A stretch of DNA of 64,000 bases, taken from NCBI RefSeq assembly GCF_009834535.1, contig NC_045697.1, positions 91,824,001 to 91,888,000 of the forward strand. The letters are read 5' to 3'. Of the stretch, positions 35,301 to 49,851 are shown in pieces; position 1 is the first letter of the stretch, and each line of letters begins with the position of its first letter. The stretch comes from Camelus ferus (lineage: Eukaryota). The position numbers and the translations under genes were made by a program. The notes beneath the pieces were generated by a model, which was given only the letters and a program-made list of their open reading frames with translations, ran no database searches and was not told where the DNA came from.

Positions 35301-37439
35301 TTTGATTGTTTCCTTAGTACAAGGTATTCTAATCTCCTCTTCTTCAACTTGCTTCATCGATCAAATGCTACTCCATTTTCCATTCAGGATAGATAGAAGA
35401 AGATAAATGGAGAAAAATAAAGGAGAATGAAAAAGAGGAGGGTAAATTATTAATGAATACCATGGGTAAAATAAGCCAGTTATCTTTTTAATTTTCATTT
35501 TTACTATGGAACCTCAGAGATCTCCTAAAACCTTTCAGCCTTCTTCAAATGACAGGAGCTGCAAGTGCTTTGGAGGAGACTGGATTCATATTGCAAATGA
35601 AGAGAAGGGAGACAGTGGAGATGGAGTGTAAATTGGTTGTGGTTGGAAAGATAGCAACTTCATGTAAAACATAATTTAGGTATTTGATTATTCATAACCC
35701 ATTCCTACCTGTAAACATGTAATGAAGACTAAACAACAGAATTGGGAACTAAATAGCTCTCAGGTAGGTATCAGTTATAATTTTCTAATGTAGTTAATAA
35801 AACATACCTTTAAAATTTTCACTCTCTATCTTTCCTTCAATTGTCTAATAAAGGAGTGTTCCCTCCCATTCATATGTCCCCTGCAGTGATCTATTAATAA
35901 TCCAGGCAAAAAAAAAATGCTTGCCATTGGTCTACCACAATTCTCTGAAAGAAGCTAGTGACAGCAGAAACAGCTGCTACCAAAAAAGACAGTTTGTTGG
36001 CAGCCTGACAGCTGTTGACTTTGAGAGTTTAAGTACCAAGGCCCTGAATGCCCTGCAGTAATCCTATAGAAATACTGGAAACTCTTCAAGTTTAAGACAC
36101 CAAGGATATGACTGTCATGCCTGCCTGTGCCTTCTTTTATCAAATGTAGCTTTATCTTATCAAGTTAATGTCATTTCTGAGGCAGAAAACAGGAACAAAA
36201 AAGAATGTGCCTTTCAGAAAACCAAATTCAAAATGGCACCTGTCTCTCTGGTACCACGGTTGTCTATAGAGTTAAGTTGCAATTAATGATACAAGATCAG
36301 GAGCTTGGAATTCATTTTTAAAATCCTGCTGCTACTATCATTTAAACCAGTTATAAATGCACTTTCATCTCCATCTTAAAAATGCCCAGTGCTCAGCATA
36401 GTATAAATAAAATAAATGCTATAAAACTTGTTTTAGCTTAGAATTTCACAAATATTCAGTACAGAAATGTTATATTATTAAATAAAAATTTATAATTTGT
36501 CAAATTATAGGGAAAATAAAAGATGAGACTCTGCTTTACAGTTTGAGACCTAAAATTAAGAAATTTATAGATCTGTCTATAGTTCTTTCTATACTTAAAT
36601 AGAGTGATTGGAAATACCAAATGTGAATTTCTGTAATGTGAATCTGGTTTTTACAGTTCTTTGTCTCACTCAGTTATGAGTAAAATCTGTAGTCAGGAGT
36701 TGCTAGAATAGTATCTTTGTTCTGATTCTGCATCATCCTTTAGTTTCTTGCTGTATCTCAAGCTGAATCAGGCTTTTTTATGTTGTACTGGTCTCTTTCT
36801 TGTAGAAGAGAGGGCTACACTAATTGAAAAGAATTTTTAGTTTATTTGCATGCAGTTGGTTAATGCTTGGTCTCTAGGACACATCAACTTCGACTGCACT
36901 AGCTATTTCTGTGTCTATTTGTTACTACACATAATTGCACGATGCTGGAGAGACAGTTCTTTATATGCTGTTCAAAATGCATGTAAATGCCTCCAGAAAA
37001 AAATGTTTTCTGCAGCTGCAATGGGAGGAATTTTTTTTCAGCCTCCCTGATGTTAGGAGAAAATAAGAATAACTTCTGATTAGATTTCTACCTGAGAGAC
37101 TTTACTTCATTACTTGAAAGATTTGCCTCTCATTGTTTTTCACAATCAAACATCACACCACCTTTCCATGTAGGACCTGAAGTTAAGAGAGGTTTTCTTG
37201 TAGCATCTTCGTGATTTTGATGCATAATTTAATCCCTGATGCATGTGAGTTACATAGAGCACTAAATCCAGCATTGCTGGGTAGCTCAAGAGCTAGTTCT
37301 TAAAGCATTATTAGAATTTAAAGCAGTTGAAGTGTTAAAAAAGAGGAATTATAAGCCCATGAAATCTTTACAGTTAGAAGTTTGTAGGAGGTGTATGTGA
37401 AAGATGATAAATAGTGAACAATCCATGTTGGATGGAGAA

Positions 37440-37654
37440 CAGTTGACCTTTGAACAACACAGTTTTGAATTGCGGGTTCACTTATACATGGATTTTTCTT
37501 ACTAAATTCATACTGTAGTACTGCATGATCAGCAGTTGGTTGACTCCACAGATGCACAACTGTGGATATAGGGGGCCAATTGTAAAGTTATATATAGATT
37601 TTCGACTGTGCAGGGTTGGTGCCTCTAACACCTGCATTGTTCAAGGATCAATGG
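37440..37654. mobile_element. MER8-like TcMar-Tigger MITE
   Basis: TIRs cagttgacctttgaacaa / ttgttcaaggatcaatg. Internal ttgaattgcgggttcacttatacatggattttt. Confidence 0.9.
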
Positions 37655-37659
37655 TTATG

Positions 37660-38340
37660 TACTTAACAAGGTTTAAAAGAGAAGGGACTAGGTGGCCAGA
37701 TGGCCTGCATCATAAAGGGCCTGATTTGGACTTTATTCAGTCCATTTGGTTGGGGGTCCATTCAGAGTTATGTTAAGAAGTTTATGTTATGTTATCTCAG
37801 AGTTACGTTAAGAAGTAGTGGTGCAAACAATGGATTTGACTAGGAGGGGGACTCTACCTCCCAGTCCACCCTTCCTTCCTAAGAAGGAGACATCAGTTAG
37901 AGGTTTCTGTAAATTATGTGAGAGATTGTAGGAGTCTCAGGTAAGATGGTGACACAAGGAATAGAAAGTAGGGGATAAATATAAAAGAAAACAGGGAGGT
38001 CTCATTTAAAAAGTTTGATCTTGACCCATATCCACACTGTATCCAGCATCAGTGATGGAGAATTCAAATAAAGACCTGAAGTTTTCCACTTGTGTCATTG
38101 TGGTGGAGAATTTCCAAAAATAGGCAAGAGAACAGTATAAAGATCCAAGAACAGACATAAATAAATTTGCTTTTAAAATGCACTGTATTTGAAGGTCCAA
38201 GGAAAACATTTAGATGAAAATATTAGGCAGGCAGCTGGAAATGTTTGTCTAGGTCTTGGGGGAAAGAACAGAGTTGGAGATAAAGATCTGGAAGTGGACA
38301 GTGTGAGAGTGAATGGGATTTTCAGAGAGGGAAACAATAT
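37660..38340 (-). mobile_element. L2 fragment
   Basis: tttggactttattcag...tttgaaggtccaagg...taggcaggcagctggaaatgtttgtctag...ggagataaagatctggaag. Confidence 0.7.
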
Positions 38341-39004
38341 TGCTACACGTATGAGCTATTCATTGACTTTAATGGTTATTTGAAGTGCATGTTTTATAGG
38401 ATTAGGGTACTTTGGTTGGTCAATACCTCATTAAGTAAAGCATCACTAAGTAAGCACATGAAGAGTGTGGGAAGGAGAAAGGGAACATATGACCATCTTT
38501 GCTGATGGAACCAAGTATGCTGGTTTTGAAGACTTCACCAAATTGCTAAAGAATAGTATCCACAGCTTGCTTGGCATTTGTCTGTCTGCTTTTGCTTGCT
38601 TATTTTGTATTGTACTTGGTTTTAAGATGAAGAAGACTCTGCTTGAACTGTTATTTAAACAATGTTTTTGGTTCTACATGAAGCATGTGGTTCTGTACAA
38701 ACTCCTCAAAATACTTAGATCTTGATTATATTTAACTGCTATATTTAATGAATTAAAAAATTTTAGCAGTGTAAACTGAATTGAAGCACAGAGTTCGTAT
38801 TTTAGAGTTACTTTTTAGTTTTTTGTATGAGTACAGTTAAAATTTAGAAATTAAAAAAGATAGATAATAAAGTATTTGGTAACTGCCTAGTATTCACTAG
38901 GCAGTGAATTTGCCTAATTTAAATTTGATAATTTAAATCTCCCAAATTGCTGAAAAGCATGAGGTATTCAGAAATTGTTTTCTTCAAAAAATTTTTAAAT
39001 TTTT

Positions 39005-39895
39005 CTTCTACTTTATTGAAGTACAGTCGACAAATAGAAGTGTATATATTTAAAGTGTGCAACATGGTAATTTTGATATATATATATGTTGTGAAATGAT
39101 TACCACAATCATATTAATTAACTCATCTCTCACCTCACATAGTCGCTATTTTTTTTTTTCAGCCGTGAGAATGCTTAAGATCTACCCTCTTAGCATGTTT
39201 CAATTATACAATACATTGTTATTAACTACAGTTACTATGCTGTTCTTTAGATGCCTATAACTTACTCATCTTTTAACTGAAGACTTACATCATTTGACCA
39301 ACATCTTCCCTATTTCTTCCATCTCTCAGCCCCTGGTAACCACCATTCTACTATTTATATGAGTTTGACTTTTTCCTTTTAGATTCCATATATAAGTGAA
39401 ATCATACAGTATTTGTCTTTCTCTGTCTGGCTCATTTCACTTAGCATAATTTCCTATAGTTTCAACCATATTGTTGCAAATGGCAGAATTCCCTTCTTAC
39501 TCATGGCTGAATTTTATGTCTGTCTGCTATCTGTCTGTCTATCTATCTATCTATCTCACTTCTTCTTTGTCCATTCATCTGTTGACAGACACTTAGGTTA
39601 TTTCCATATCTCAGCTATTGTGAATAATACTGCAATGATCATGGCAGTAGAAATAGCTCTTTGAGATACTGATTTTTTTACCTTTTGATATATACCCAGA
39701 AGTGGGATTGGTGGATCATATGGTAATTCTATTTTTAATTTTTTGAGAAACCACTCTACTGTCTTCCATAGTGGCTGTACCAGTTTACATTCCCACCAGC
39801 CGGGAACGAGGGTTCCCTTTTCTCCACATTCTTGCCAGCACTTGTTATTTCTTGCTTTTTTGGTAAAAGCTATCCTAACAGATGTTAGGTGATAA
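39005..39895 (-). mobile_element. L1MA-type (L1MA8-10-like) 3' fragment
   Basis: tttattgaagtacag...gtgaaatgattaccacaatc...tatacccagaagtgggattggtggatcatatggtaattctatttttaatttttt. Confidence 0.93.
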
Positions 39896-41575
39896 TGATT
39901 TGTTATTTTTAATTGTAAGACCTTGTTGAGGCTTGATTTAAGAGGATGAATCTAATAATCCATGTTTTATTATTTCAAGAGAGGTAGACCTGCACAAGAC
40001 ACAGCTTTTTAAAATAACTGACTCTGCAGAGCTTCTCAGTATAAAAGCAAAATTCTATCCAAACATTTTCAGTTAAGTAGCCAGAATTAAATACAACCAG
40101 ATTGGGATTTCTGTATTTAGCCACTAAACTAAATTGAGATGTGAGGCTTCATAAAATGATAAAAACAAAACAAAATAAAATAAACAAACAAACAAAATCA
40201 TCCATACCCTGAAACTTTATTTGAAACATTTTTGACATTTTAAAAGAATCCCCAAGCTTTTGGTAATTAATACTTTGGTTCTTTTTCTCCCCTAAGCAAG
40301 TGCCTGTGGGATAAACATTTGTGTTCTGTGCTGAATAAAAACCAAACACAAAGTTGTTGTATAGCACTCTTAATAAGAGTGCAGAGTTACGCTTTTGCTG
40401 TCCTACTGTTGCATGTCTGTTCTTTTCTGTTGGCATATGGTTAGCAACCCACTTATATTTAGGTGATAGCTGTATGCAACATTCTCAAGGGAAGTTCTGA
40501 TTGCTACTAAGAAGAAGGAATGGTAATTGTGTAAGTGACAATCTCTTCAAAGGCTCAGAATTGAAGTTACATACGGTAAAGTATTAGGGGTTGTGACATA
40601 TTCATGCTAACCGCTTATGTTAGTGATATTATGTCTCCTGACCTGGTTGATTTACATTGCATCCTTGTAAGTTTCTTTTCAACTTTCCGTTTTAAGCTAT
40701 GGTGTAAATGGAAAGTTGCTTTTAAGTAGATTTACGGCACAATGCCGTGCTTTCTATCCATGAATCAATCTATGAATATGTACAAAGTTTATCAAGGGGA
40801 TTCACAAATAGGCCTTTGCAAGAAAAGCCCTGTTTTAAGTGGGATTACTGTCAAGAAAGCTCACCAAAAACTAGGACTATCTGGGCTTTTATTTTTCTAC
40901 TATAATATCTGGAAATAGAAACTTTCAAACATTATAAAAATATTCAGAAATATTAAGAATATCACCATTAATCCAAATATTGTTTAGTGTGACAATTTTA
41001 GTTTTATTTTTACATTTTTAATTGGGACTGTTTTGTTATTTATCTTAATGCACAAATGAAAATAGGCCTAATTATATAAATTATCAAATGTCTATGTTTT
41101 CTTTCTTTCTCATCCTTTGTAGGGGAAGGAAAAATGTTTACATCTTCAGAAATCATTCTGGATTCAATGAATATAGATGTTTGCACTATTTATTGAAAAT
41201 CCTTTCCATTTTCTGCAATAACTTTGAAAGAGACTTAACTAGAAAGTACATTACATATTAGGAACTTTGCTAATAATATATTTATTCATGCTGCATTATT
41301 GACTTGCCAATATTTAAAATAATACTATGCTCAATTACTTTTCAATTACTAATGTCTGTAGTAAAGTATCAAAGGCAAGAATTTGCCATCTTATAATTCA
41401 CTATTACTAATTTTACAAATTCTCTCTGATATTAATAGTACCAGGGTTAATCCAGAAAAACAAATCTCAACTTTTCAGTAATTTGAATTAACCAACATAA
41501 TCTGTTGGGTTTGTGGCAAATAGTTTATACTTCATATTCTCTCACTTGCTATTTAAATTTAAAACTCAGTTTGGC

Positions 41576-42124
41576 TGTTGCCTTAGCTTATCTCTCCAGA
41601 AAGCAGAGCATGAGCCATGAGGCAGAACCCTCCATGTAGGTAGTTTATTCAGGAAATGATGCCAGGGATCAGAAAGGAGAGGCAGGAGAGTGAAAGGGAA
41701 GGGGTAAAAATACAAGGGTGATTATGGGTTTGATCACAGTGAGGAGTGACTTTGCTGTTATCCTGTAGATTTGACATGCGTCTCAGAAATCTCTGTCCAG
41801 GAAACCAAAGGGAAAATAATTTATCTATTGGTTCCCATTTCCCATTCGTCAAAGTGAGTTCTTGGACAGAGGTTAATTCCCTTGCATTTCTGGATTGGAC
41901 ACGTGTGAGTGCTAGGGGGTTCTTACGGGTCTTCCTGAGCCCTAGCATCAAAAGAGCCCTGGGGCAGGAAATAAGAGGTGTATGGTACCCTAGGTGGGCG
42001 CTGTCAGGCTGCACTGGCAGGGAGCAGGTAGAAGCCAGTTCTGGAACTGACCTCTAGGGCAGGGGCTGGATGACTAGGTAAAGTCAATAGGATTTAAGTG
42101 GTGTCTAAGAGATGTTCAATACAG
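41576..42124 (-). mobile_element. LTR16-like ERVL solo LTR
   Basis: ctccagaaagcagagcatgag...gtagtttattcaggaaatgat...; ends gatgttcaataca. Confidence 0.7.
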
Positions 42125-45100
42125 TTGTTTAGATCACCGTGACTGATACTGTGACTTCATAACCTGCTGAGTTGCATATATATGTCTCATTAAGATGAAT
42201 ATGTGAACCATTTTATTATATTTTCATAATATCTCTGTTGCCTCTTCTCTAAAGGTGGACAATTTCTGCTCCTGACTCTTCCTTTTTTTTTTTTTTTGTG
42301 TGTGTAGCACTTTCCTAGCTATTAATCTGGGAGTGATCATGGTTTCTCTTCTCCTCCAGCCCCCGTGTTCTACTATTCACCAAGCCTTAAAATTTAAAGT
42401 ATAAGATATTACCCAAATCTATCCTCTTCTGCCTATTGCTATTAATATGGCTCTCACTAGTGGCTGATTATTTGGGGCATCTTTATTCTTTCTTTGTGAT
42501 GGTCTTCAGCAATTACCTGTATAAAATTAGTCGTACTGTCTTTGCAAGCCACAACAACGCACCATGATTAGTGAGGAAACTAAAATCTGTTATGGAGATT
42601 TCACTGAACAACATGATTATTAGAATATGAAACAATCTGTTGGGTTATGGGGAAACCAGCAGGGTTGGAAAAATGGAATGAAACAAAGGGCATGGAAAAT
42701 GATTTTTCTCATAGCATTTCAATAAACTTGCAAAGGTATACACTTCATATTTATCTACTTCAATGAAACCATGGACCATATAGGACCATATACATATAGG
42801 AAATATATATAGGAAAAAAATATATATATATGTATTTTTTTCAATGTATTGGTTACCAAACATTCAAACAGATGGCAAATAACTTTTGAGGACTAAGATA
42901 CTCAAAGTATATAAAGACAGCAAGATGAAAATTACAGTATTTACCAATTACATTTTGAATAAACTAGATGAAAATATGTGCAACATTCTTAAGAAAAATC
43001 CTGTGTCTGTTATTGCGGATAAGAATAGTGCCCATCTTATAGGGTTATTTTGAGGATTAAATGATTAACTGAGTTAATACATGCAAAGTACTTGAAACAA
43101 TCTTTGGTACATAGTACATATTCAATTATATAAATTTCCCTATTTTTGCTAAACATTTTAGATTTTCCCATGTTTTATTTCATTGGTCAAGAACATAAAT
43201 ATTTGAAACCTAACCATACTAATGTTGAAAAGATCTTCCTCTTTTTCTTTCAAATATATAACTTGTCTAAAGTAGTCCTTTTCTTTGTGCATGTTCCTGT
43301 GTGTGTGTAGTAGGGGGCTGCTCACAGAAATATTCACTATATAATTAAGAAAAGTGTAGAGGAATATTCCCTACTTTTTGTTTTTCAGAACCCAAAATTG
43401 CTAGCTGTAGCAAGTGCTCAATCCACTGTAGTCATCCTAATGACCAAATTATGAAACAAGATTCTTAATTGGGGTACATGGACATTCTTTTTCTTCTGTA
43501 TCTTTTATAACTGGGATATTATACATCTAAGTTATGAGGAATTCTCTTTGTATTTTCTAATTTGTTGATATAATTATTTTCTGATTAAACATAATCCTGG
43601 TTGAAACAGCATTAGGCCAACTCTGAAACACCCCCACTGGCACTCTGCAGAAAAAAAAAATTGTGGTAGTTACAGTGGAAAGAAGGCAACTATTCAACCC
43701 ACTGTCTGTGCAGTTGTTTTCTTGAAGGCCAAAAACCTACCTGCCTACCATAACATGACTCACGTCATCCATTCTATTTAAGGTGAATTGCTTTCAGTTT
43801 CCTTTGGCTGGAAGACTCAGAGGGAGAAGGGTCACAATCATGCCCTGATGCTCAGTACCACTTCTGCGGTCTTTTCATTGGCACAAGAACGTAATACAAT
43901 GGAGATATCAATCAATGCACATCTTAGTCGAAAAATCTTCCCTTGAAAATCAGATAACAGCAGACGCTTCAGTCTAGCAGAATTTTCTGCTTAACCAACG
44001 GACTGCAGAGGGTGATCACCAAGGGTTTTGTAAATGAAAAGCCTCACGCCCTTAATGCATCCAAGCAGGGGATAATTCTGAAGTGGAATTTAGCAGGAAC
44101 CAAATGAAACTTCACAAAAGGTTGTACGATGCTACACAGGTAGCTCCAGGGAATATAATGTGTTACTCACCACTGACTGTATCACCTCCTGCCTGTCCAT
44201 TCAACACATGAGCCCAAACAAATAAATTCTTGCTTCTCTAAAAAAAGAGGTTTCTGTTTATTTCTTCCCAATTTATTTATTATCAGTAAAAAATGAGTGA
44301 TTTCTAGGAGAAAAATATGAAACAAAATTATTTGTCATTAGTATATTTATTAGTACATTATTTTGTCATTAGTACATAAACTTAAAGACTTTCAATAATA
44401 ATTTGGAGCAGTTCAGAACAGTGTGGCCCCACAGTAGTGACTGGGGAGTCCTCACATTGGTCCCATTACTGTTAACAGGAATCATGAGTGTTATTCCATA
44501 CAAAGTATTTTGACAGTTTACCCCACAGAGTCTTGCACACTGTGGAAATAGAAGGTCATTGGTGAAACAGAATCTGGAGATAAAAGTTAATATGAAGAAA
44601 TCCATATTTTGATAGGGAAGCAACTTGGGAACAAAATTATATTCTGGGCTGTAAAAATGTGGATGCTCAAATGGATCCTTGATCTCTTAAATACCTTGTG
44701 CTTGATCATTATCAGACAGTATTTGATATCTCCCATCAGAGTGTGGTTTAAGCCCTACAGAGGAAAACACAAGAATAGCATAGCATGCTGTTCTTGAGAT
44801 GCAGGATGAAGTAAGAACTAGCTGCTTGCTAATCCAATAAAGATTTAAAGTTGAGTAATAACCAAAATGAATTTTTAGTAAACATTCATTGAAAATAAAA
44901 CCAAAGAAGTTACAAAAAGATAGCAAAAAAAAAAAATACTCCAACTTTAAATTTCAGCTTGCTTTAGATTTTTCATAAGATACTTGAAACTTTAACCAAG
45001 ACTTAAAAATGAATCTTCCAGCTGAATTATTTACTCTATCAATATTTAATTTCAGTCAATTTAATTTAAATATTAGATTCCTCCTCACAAATTATCATGT

Positions 45101-45151
45101 ATGGGCCCGTACATCTCCTGAGTTAAAGGATTATTTTGTATAAAAAATTAT

Positions 45152-45599
45152 CTGTACTGGGTTGAATAGATGCCCCACCCCCCATTTCACTAGGAACCTG
45201 AGTTTGGGAATAGGGTCTTTGAAGTTGTAACCAAGTTAAGATAGTGTCATACTGGACTAGGGTGGGTTGTAAATGCAATATGACTGGTGTCCTTATGAGA
45301 AGGGGGAAATTTGTACATGGAAACACAGACACATAGAGGGGAGAATGCCACGTGAAGACTGAGGACGATTAGACTGATAGACATATAAGACAAAGAAAAC
45401 TAAGAGTTGCTGGAAGCCACCAGAAGCTAGGAGGGAGGCATGGAATAGATTCTCTCTCAGAGCCACTCTAGAGGAAGCAACCTGCTGACACCTGATTTCA
45501 GACTTCTGGCCTCAAGAACTACGAGGGAAGAAATTTCTGATGTTTTAAGCCACCGAGTTTGTGGTACTTTGTTATGGCAGTCCTAGGAAAGTAAGGCAT
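45152..45599 (+). mobile_element. MLT1B/C-like MaLR LTR
   Basis: tgtactgggttgaata...atgactggtgtccttatgagaag...gttttaagccaccgagtttgtggtactttgttatggcagtcctaggaaa. Confidence 0.92.
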
Positions 45600-47349
45600 A
45601 ATCACAGTTTGCAACTTAGTGGGGGAAGTTTGTTCTTTTTCTTCTTACTGAAAAATTTGAACCTAAATTGTAACTGCTGACATGCTTTGCTTTGGTTCTT
45701 TGAGTTGAATTTCCAATGTAATTCCTACTCTGAAAGTCAGAAGAGAAATAAATCAATTCCACTTCCTCAAGAACAATTATTATAAGAGTAGAGTGAAACA
45801 CATATCTTAAGGTAAGCTAGAAGTTGAGAAAAATACAAAGAGAACTACAAACTGTGCAACCTTGGAATCAGGCTTTGAAGGCAGGAGATGCCTTCATGAA
45901 GCTACCACATGCTCGGTTCCTGCTGCCTGGTACCTTCCTTTGCTCCTCAGGTTTTAACACTAAGTTTGAGTGTTATCACCATTTTACCATCTGAGACCAA
46001 TGGATCCCTTTTACTTTTTATCTTTTTAGTTCATGTAACAAGTATAGAAGTAAGAACAAAGGAATAGTGAAAACAACTCTATATGAAGTTTTAATGACTA
46101 TTTAAACAGAGCAAACTCAAATTTTCATTCCATATTTTCTGGCTTTTGAATGTATATAAGCCTGAAATGGATACTGTCTTCTGAATGAAACTAAAGCTTA
46201 TCAATTGTTACGCATGTACCTGGAACATATCTGTCTTGTAAAAACTGATTTCACATTCCAAATACGTTTCTAGTAGATCCTAGCTTATTATTATACCTGG
46301 TTTTTCTTGTACTTGCCTCACTGAAATGTATTACTAGAAGAACCTTTTGAAATTTTGACAGTGTAGAATGTTGCTGAAGTTGGCCATCTTCTTTGTTTTC
46401 TACTTGAGAAACATTTTCAGATTTATAAACACAAATTATAATGATCAACCCAATTGTTTTCATTTACATCATTTATTTTCTTTCAGTTACTTTTGTATAT
46501 ATATATAACTTCAGCATTTGTCCACCTATGAACTATAAAATCACAAAAGATGAAAGAATACTGTTACCTGTTCTTTTAGAAAAACAGGATGGTTCACATT
46601 TTTGTCTCAAAATATTACATGATGAAGTCCTTTCTGTTTAGTGACTAAGCAGATAAAAATACTATGTTTGTTTCTCTTTTGTCCTTAAAAATATTGTTCA
46701 CTCTCCAATCTTGAATTTGAAAAAATTCATATAGAATATCATCATTAGAAGACTCATAGTCTGGGATTTTACTTTTATCATCAGTTTCATCATCATCATT
46801 CTAGACTAGAACTGCTGTTTGTTATTTTAGATTCATCTTCTGATTCATCTAATAATTGTGAATCATCATTCTCTGTCAATATCCTTCTCTTGCCAGTATG
46901 AGCAGAAAATAAAATTTCTTCATTCTGAACTGAACTCAATTAAAGCTAAAAGCAGACTAAAAAAAAAATTATGTCTCTAAGTCTTTTTTTTCCTACAGGA
47001 TAATGATGTAACACTTTGGTCAACTCAATCTGAAAACTGAAGGATGATGCAGTAGTGATGATTTGTTTTACTGCTGCATCCTCCTCCTATATGATTCTAC
47101 AATTTTCCTCTTATTTAAATCTTTCTTAGCACTGTTGCTATCAAAAATCAATGATAATTGATGAAACAAGGTGATGAAATAGCAAATTGTTTCAAGATAA
47201 AAAGTATCTTAGATTTATGAAAAGGTTGAATGGACCCATATTGTGATATAGAGTGGATTTTATTCCATTAAAAAAAGTAAATTTTCTCTTTCCTATAAAG
47301 TATCTAGCCCTTAATAGGCATTATATAAGCACTTGTTGTCGTTGTTGTT

Positions 47350-47830
47350 GTTATTATATTGCCCTGAAATCTGATCACCTAGTACTTCTAACCCTTGATT
47401 CTCATTGTGTTCATAGAGTCTCCCAAAACAAGTATCTCCTACTTAACAGCTATCCAGCTACATGAAGTTGGCTGTTTTGTCTCTTCCTTAAATTAAATAA
47501 CCTCCTTGCTTAAGTTTTCCTCAAAATATCAATGTTTTCTCTCTCCTCATTACTCTGGTCACCTGCATCTAAATGTTTGACCGTAATTTGTTTGGCTTCT
47601 CAAAATCCAGTGTCTAACACTGAATTCAGTACTCCAAGAGTAGTCTAACCAGCCTAGAGTGGGACCATTCCCTCCTTTGACCCAAACATTTTTTTGTCCA
47701 TCACCAAAGCTTGAGATTATATTATCTGTTTGGCAGACACAGCCCATTGTTGAATTTTACCAAAGTTACAGTTATAGAAAATCTTTGCATTTTTTCATCT
47801 TGCATGACTTCCAATATATTCCACATTCTA
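47350..47830 (-). mobile_element. CR1/L3 fragment (continues ~48840-49600)
   Basis: aaaatccagtgtctaacactgaattcagtactccaagagtagtctaaccagcctagag is typical of L3 revcomp. Confidence 0.6.
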
Positions 47831-47953
47831 AGCTCCTATAGTTTTTAAGTAGGTTATTTTACATTTAATAATAAAAAATACGTTTAGTGCTTAAATTTAT
47901 TTTTTTCATAGATTTTTTTTATTTAAAAAGAAATTCATATAGTAGAAGTTCTT

Positions 47954-48558
47954 TTTTTGGAATATAAAGTATGTGGTTTTTATTTTTAAATTTTCACTTA
48001 TTACTTTTATTTATTTTGATCATTCTTTTTTAAAAAATTTTTTATTGATTTATAGTCATTTTACAATGTTGTGTCAAATTCCAGTGTAGAGCACAATTTT
48101 TCAGTTATACATGACCATATATGTATTCATTGTCACATTTTTTTCTCTGTGAGCTACCGTAAGATCTTGTGTATATTTCCCTGTGCTTTACAATATAATC
48201 TTGTTTATCTATTCTACAATTTTAAAATCCCGTCTATCCCGTCCCACCCTCCACCCCCTTGGCAACCACAAGTTTGTATTCTGTGTCTATGAGTCTATTT
48301 CTGTTTTGTATTTATGCTTTGTTTGTTTGTTTGTTTGTTTTGATTCCACATATGAGCAATCTCATATGGTATTTTTCTTTCTCTTTCTGGCTTACTTCAC
48401 TTAGAATGACATTCTGCAGGAGCATCCATGTTGCTACAAATGGCATTATGTTGTCGGTTTTTATGGCTGAGTAGTATTCCATTGTATAAATATACCACAT
48501 CTTCTTTATCCAGTCATCCGTTGATGGACATTTAGGCTGTTTCCATGTCTTGGCTGTT
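47954..48558 (-). mobile_element. Young 5'-truncated L1 with probable 3' transduction
   Basis: L1 3' UTR ~48040-48558. Perfect 11-bp TSD tagaagttctt 47943-47953 / 48559-48569. About 80 bp of non-L1 sequence lies inside the TSD. Confidence 0.9.
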
Positions 48559-49851
48559 TAGAAGTTCTTGTAATTTCTATTTTATAGATAAGGGGAGCTG
48601 AATAAAGAAAGATCAGGTAACTTTCCCAGGAGAATATAACCAAGCACTGACAGAACTGTAATTGTTAACAAAAATAACTTCATTTACCCTATGACTTACC
48701 TTTATATAAATAGGTGTTGTTAGAATTCATATATTAGGTTTGACATTTGGCTAGATTTGATATCCCTTCCAGATTTATCTCATCAACTTGGCATCAATGT
48801 CTTCCTCTATTAAAATGTTGAACTAAAGAGGACAAGGTCAGTGGAGATTATCTGGAGAGCATCATTTTAAATATCTTTTTCCAAAAAGGCATGTGCCCAT
48901 TAATTCCTAGTCTTTGCAATGGCCACTGAAGAAGTCCACATAAATGTTCTATAATTTAGCCCTATTACTCCACCTTGCCCACAGGAATATTTTGTGCAAC
49001 TTTATCAGATCTCTATTGAAATACAGAAACACTATGTCTTAAGAATTTCTCTGACCTTTAAGAATGGCAACGTCAAAAATAAAATAGAACAAAATAAATC
49101 AAGAAGTCTATTCTTACTGAATCTAGTCAGCTTATAATTGTTACATTTTTAACCCTCAAAGATACTTTTAATGATCATCTCAAGAATCATTTCTAGTATC
49201 AACCTTAACTTCATCAGTTTATAGTGTGTAAATCATCTTCACTTTTTTTTAAACAATCTGAACTAATTTTGTCCATATCTAGTCATCTAGCTTCTTCCCA
49301 TTCATTCTTCAAATCTTTAAGGGTTATCCCCTAAATATCCTGCCAAGACATCAGCCAGGCTAGAAATTATAGACTCATTTAGATTCTTGACTAAAGTCCC
49401 TTTGGCCATGGTTTTTGAAACAGATTTCTACTCTGAGATTACTTTGTCTGTTGGAGGAGTCAGAAACATAATACAAGATGAACATTTCTTTGACAAAAAA
49501 ATTACGTCTAGTATTATGTTCAGGATTGTTCTTATTTAGGTAAATAAAACTTAATTCTAAGACTTCCCAATGTATGGATGTATTGCCTGATATTTGTTTA
49601 GTATGTTGCATTATATCCAGCATTTTTTAGTCTATATTTCCTCAGTTAATTCTGCTTACTCTGTCATTTCTCCTCCTCTTCTTCCGTCTTCTTCCTTCCT
49701 TCCTCTTTCACTTTTTTCTTCTCATTTCTTTATTTTGGCATCACTGTTTCCCTTTATTATTTTTTTTATACTCAGAACACATCTTAAATTGTCTTTTTTT
49801 TTTTTTTCTCCTTGGAATTTGTCTTACACCTAAGCTCATTTAGTTATAGTC

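Noticed and set aside
41649..42057. 121-aa and 103-aa antiparallel ORFs
   Set aside because: Contained in an LTR16-like LTR; no domain recognised.
46981..47060. Strong acceptor ttttttttcctacag
   Set aside because: All three frames stop within ~15 codons and no good donor follows.
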